Notes under the pieces: model-generated
The model's input: the letters and a program-made list of their open reading frames with translations, nothing else
The model's database searches: none
What the model was told of the DNA's origin: nothing
Shown: piece after piece, positions 61,467 through 64,000 of the stretch
Position numbering within the stretch: position 1 is the first letter of the stretch
How the letters are laid out: each line of letters begins with the position of its first letter
Position numbers and translations under genes: made by a program
NCBI GenBank assembly: GCA_028534125.1
Contig: CM052816.1
Span: forward strand, 53,880,001-53,944,000
DNA length: 64,000 bases
Direction: 5' to 3'
Origin: Lama glama
Taxonomy: Eukaryota

Positions 61467-62519
61467 TGAGGTAAAAAGAAGACTGAATTAAGCAAATCAA
61501 CTCATCTCTCTGGGTCTCAGTTTGTGCATCTGTCACATGGGAACAGATTAGTGTAACTGTTTCTATCTCTGATGTAGTGTGTATCCTTTAATTCCTACCC
61601 CAGGCCAACTCAGTCTCTCCCTCTCCTGCCTTCTCTGTACACTGAGGCTTGGAGGGCCGACACTGTGCCCCAAAGAGCACAGCTGTCTCTGGTACCATTC
61701 TTTTCACCATCGTCTTCCTTGACTCACAGAGAAGTAGGTGTGATCAGGAAGCATGTAATGTGGAAGGTGCTGTTTCAGTTTTCAATATTTTTTAAAGTAA
61801 ATATTAGTGTCAAGGCCAATGTCTCCTCAGAATAACACATATCTGCATTCAATATTATAATTAAACTTAAATCATTTCTTAAATTATATGTTTTAAATGG
61901 TAATTGTGCAGCCTTTAAGGTTTCCTCTTGCCTTGAGCACCATTGGGTAAATTTGTTCATGATTGAATTAGCAGACCTTTGATTTTTAAAAGGACTTTTC
62001 AGTGATCTTTTATGGTAGATTAAAAAGCAATTTACTAATTTACAGTTCATAGGAGTCCCATGCCCTCTTTGAGTTTTGTAAATCAATTCTGTGCTAATAA
62101 ATGTGACTATCACTCCAAATGTTTCATTTGGGGACAGCTGGTGTCATACACAACCTTAAACTAAGAATCCCATAATCAGTTAAACTGTATTTTGTGAACT
62201 CCTTCGTTGTGCTCAACCGAAGCCCCTCTTAGGAATCCCTTAATTTGTAGCTGTCAACCTAGAGTCTGTAGTTGGGGTGGGGGAGGTATGACCGACAGAG
62301 CTGGGAGGGACTACCTTAACTGTTTGCTCATCTTTTCTCTAATCTGTTCTCTTTATTGTAGTGAGTAATCACAGTTGAAAGATCATAGGAAAATGGGGTC
62401 ACCCACTCAGGGCTCTTCCTCCTGGGCATGGCTCTCTCAGCAACCAAGAAGACTAGTTCCATGCTGGAGACCCGGCCCCCACCCCTATATGCTCCATAGA
62501 ATACCTAGTAGTGTTAGCA

Positions 62520-62770
62520 GTAGTAGTAATAGTTAATACAGGTACGGGTGCTTACTGTGTGCCAGCTACCTGTTAGCTCATTTAATCCTTAACAACATCT
62601 CTTAATTCACACCATTTTTTAACACTTGCTTTTTGTAGTTGAAGGAACTAAGGCATAGATTAAATACTCTCCCAAGGTCCTGGAAGTAGTAACAGTGGGG
62701 CTGAGGTTTGAACTCAAGAAATTTGACTCCAGACTTTATGACCACAACCAATGCACCCTACTGCCCCTCT
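62520..62770 (+). mobile_element. MIR SINE
   Basis: GTGCTTACTGTGTGCCAG..CTCATTTAATCCTTAACAAC..GAACTAAGGC..CCCAAGGTC..GATTTGAACTCAAG-like..TGACTCCAGA. Confidence 0.8.
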
Positions 62771-64000
62771 CCCTCGTGGCAAATGGGCTCTTTCCACACA
62801 CACCTGCTCAGTTTCAGCGTGGTGACTGGTTTCCCAAAAAGCAGTATCTGTTATTTACGTTGGGGGCAGATAGTAAAAGGCAGCAGAGAATGCTTTTAAA
62901 ACTCAACACACATGGAGGAAATATTGGACAACTTGGGTGGGTTTTTTTTTCCTTTTTCCTTTCAAATTCAACTGCAACCTATATCTCAGACTTTGACAAG
63001 TCAACTCAAATCTGTTTCTAGTGGAACTGAATGTTTCAAGCCACTGATGGAGAACTGAGCATTTTCCTCGGTTCCCGGCAATGAGTCTGGCTTGTTCAAA
63101 GCTGATAAAAGGCCCTTGACCCGCTGACACCCTTTGGTGGCAGGGAGACGGCTGATGGAAGGTGCTGGATTTGCCTTCCCTCTGGTGGTAGAGCTGGGGC
63201 AGGGGCTGCCGATAATGTTTTCTTCTGGCTTCTCGGAGGTTTGCCAGTGTGGAGGGAATCTGAATCATGATAGGGAAGCAGAAAAAGGAGCTGGCTTATA
63301 ATAGCTCAAAGAAAAGGCATTGGAAGGGTGAAAGGATGAAGCCACACAGCCTGAATGTGGACATTAGCCCACCACGTGACAAGCAAACCCACGTTCTATC
63401 CGAAGTTGTTCATACAGAACCTTTTGCAAAAGTTGCAATTCTTTTAAATTGGGAAAGAGTAGAAAGCCAGATGTGCTTACTTAAACATTAATGCTCCTCT
63501 GCTCTAGGTCTTCTTGAACCTGGCTTTATGGTTGAAAGGCAAATTCTTCCAAAGGCAGCTACGTAATTGCTGAGCCAGAACTAGTAGGAGAAATGCCTAG
63601 AAATTGGGATTCAAATTTCACAGCCTGTTGTCATCCCTGAGTTTTCTAGTCCATTTTCCTCCCAACTTTTGCATTTCTCTTTTCTCCTTCGCCCACCACA
63701 GAACGGCAAATTGGGAAGCAAGTCAACACAGCCTTTTCTGGGCAGTTGAGCAGCCCCCTGGGTGGGCACGGGGCAAAGTGGGGCAACCTCAGGTCATGGG
63801 GGAGCCCGGCAGGTAGGAGGCCTTATTCTTAATGATGTCAAAGCCCTGTTACGTGAGGGCTCCACCAACATGCCACCTGGGCTGCTAGCTACTCCCTTAC
63901 TTAAGCCATTCTAGGTACTGGCCAAGCCCTCTGGGAAGGTTAGAATTTAGGCTTAGGGAGTTGGAGTCTGGCCTCCCCTGAGTTATCCCCAGACTTAAAA

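Noticed and set aside
1..64000. Prokaryotic-type novel system (operon, defence island, CRISPR)
   Set aside because: The sequence is mammalian (spliced exon, SINE/LINE/LTR repeats, CpG depletion). The remaining short ORFs show no protein similarity I can recognise.

Overview
Mammalian genomic DNA, almost entirely non-coding. Three tRNA-Ala-derived SINE copies of the vic-1 type point to a camelid (alpaca, llama or camel). The only supportable protein-coding sequence is the terminal exon of AP3B1 (207-360, +), followed by its 3' UTR and a poly(A) signal at 919-924. The remaining ~63 kb is the gene desert downstream of AP3B1, which in human runs toward TBCA and the homeobox gene OTP (synteny recalled, not visible here). 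It contains several AT-rich blocks dense in homeodomain motifs that look like conserved enhancers. Three of these abut promoter-less CpG-rich patches (~16.2-16.8, ~25.9-27.1 and ~39.5-40.1 kb). The block at ~26.24-26.60 kb is probably the orthologue of ultraconserved element uc.160. Transposon fossils include two ERV solo LTRs (one nested in an L1 with a perfect TSD), MaLR LTRs, old L1s, MIR/L2/CR1, MER5-type hAT elements, and a decayed RTE-clade reverse-transcriptase fragment that retains YADD. An exact 500-N scaffold gap lies at 46067-46566. I found no new protein-coding system; the best candidate for an interesting system is the repeated 'conserved enhancer + orphan CpG island' architecture. 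Repeat subfamily names and conservation statements come from pattern recognition without database searches, and many boundaries are approximate.
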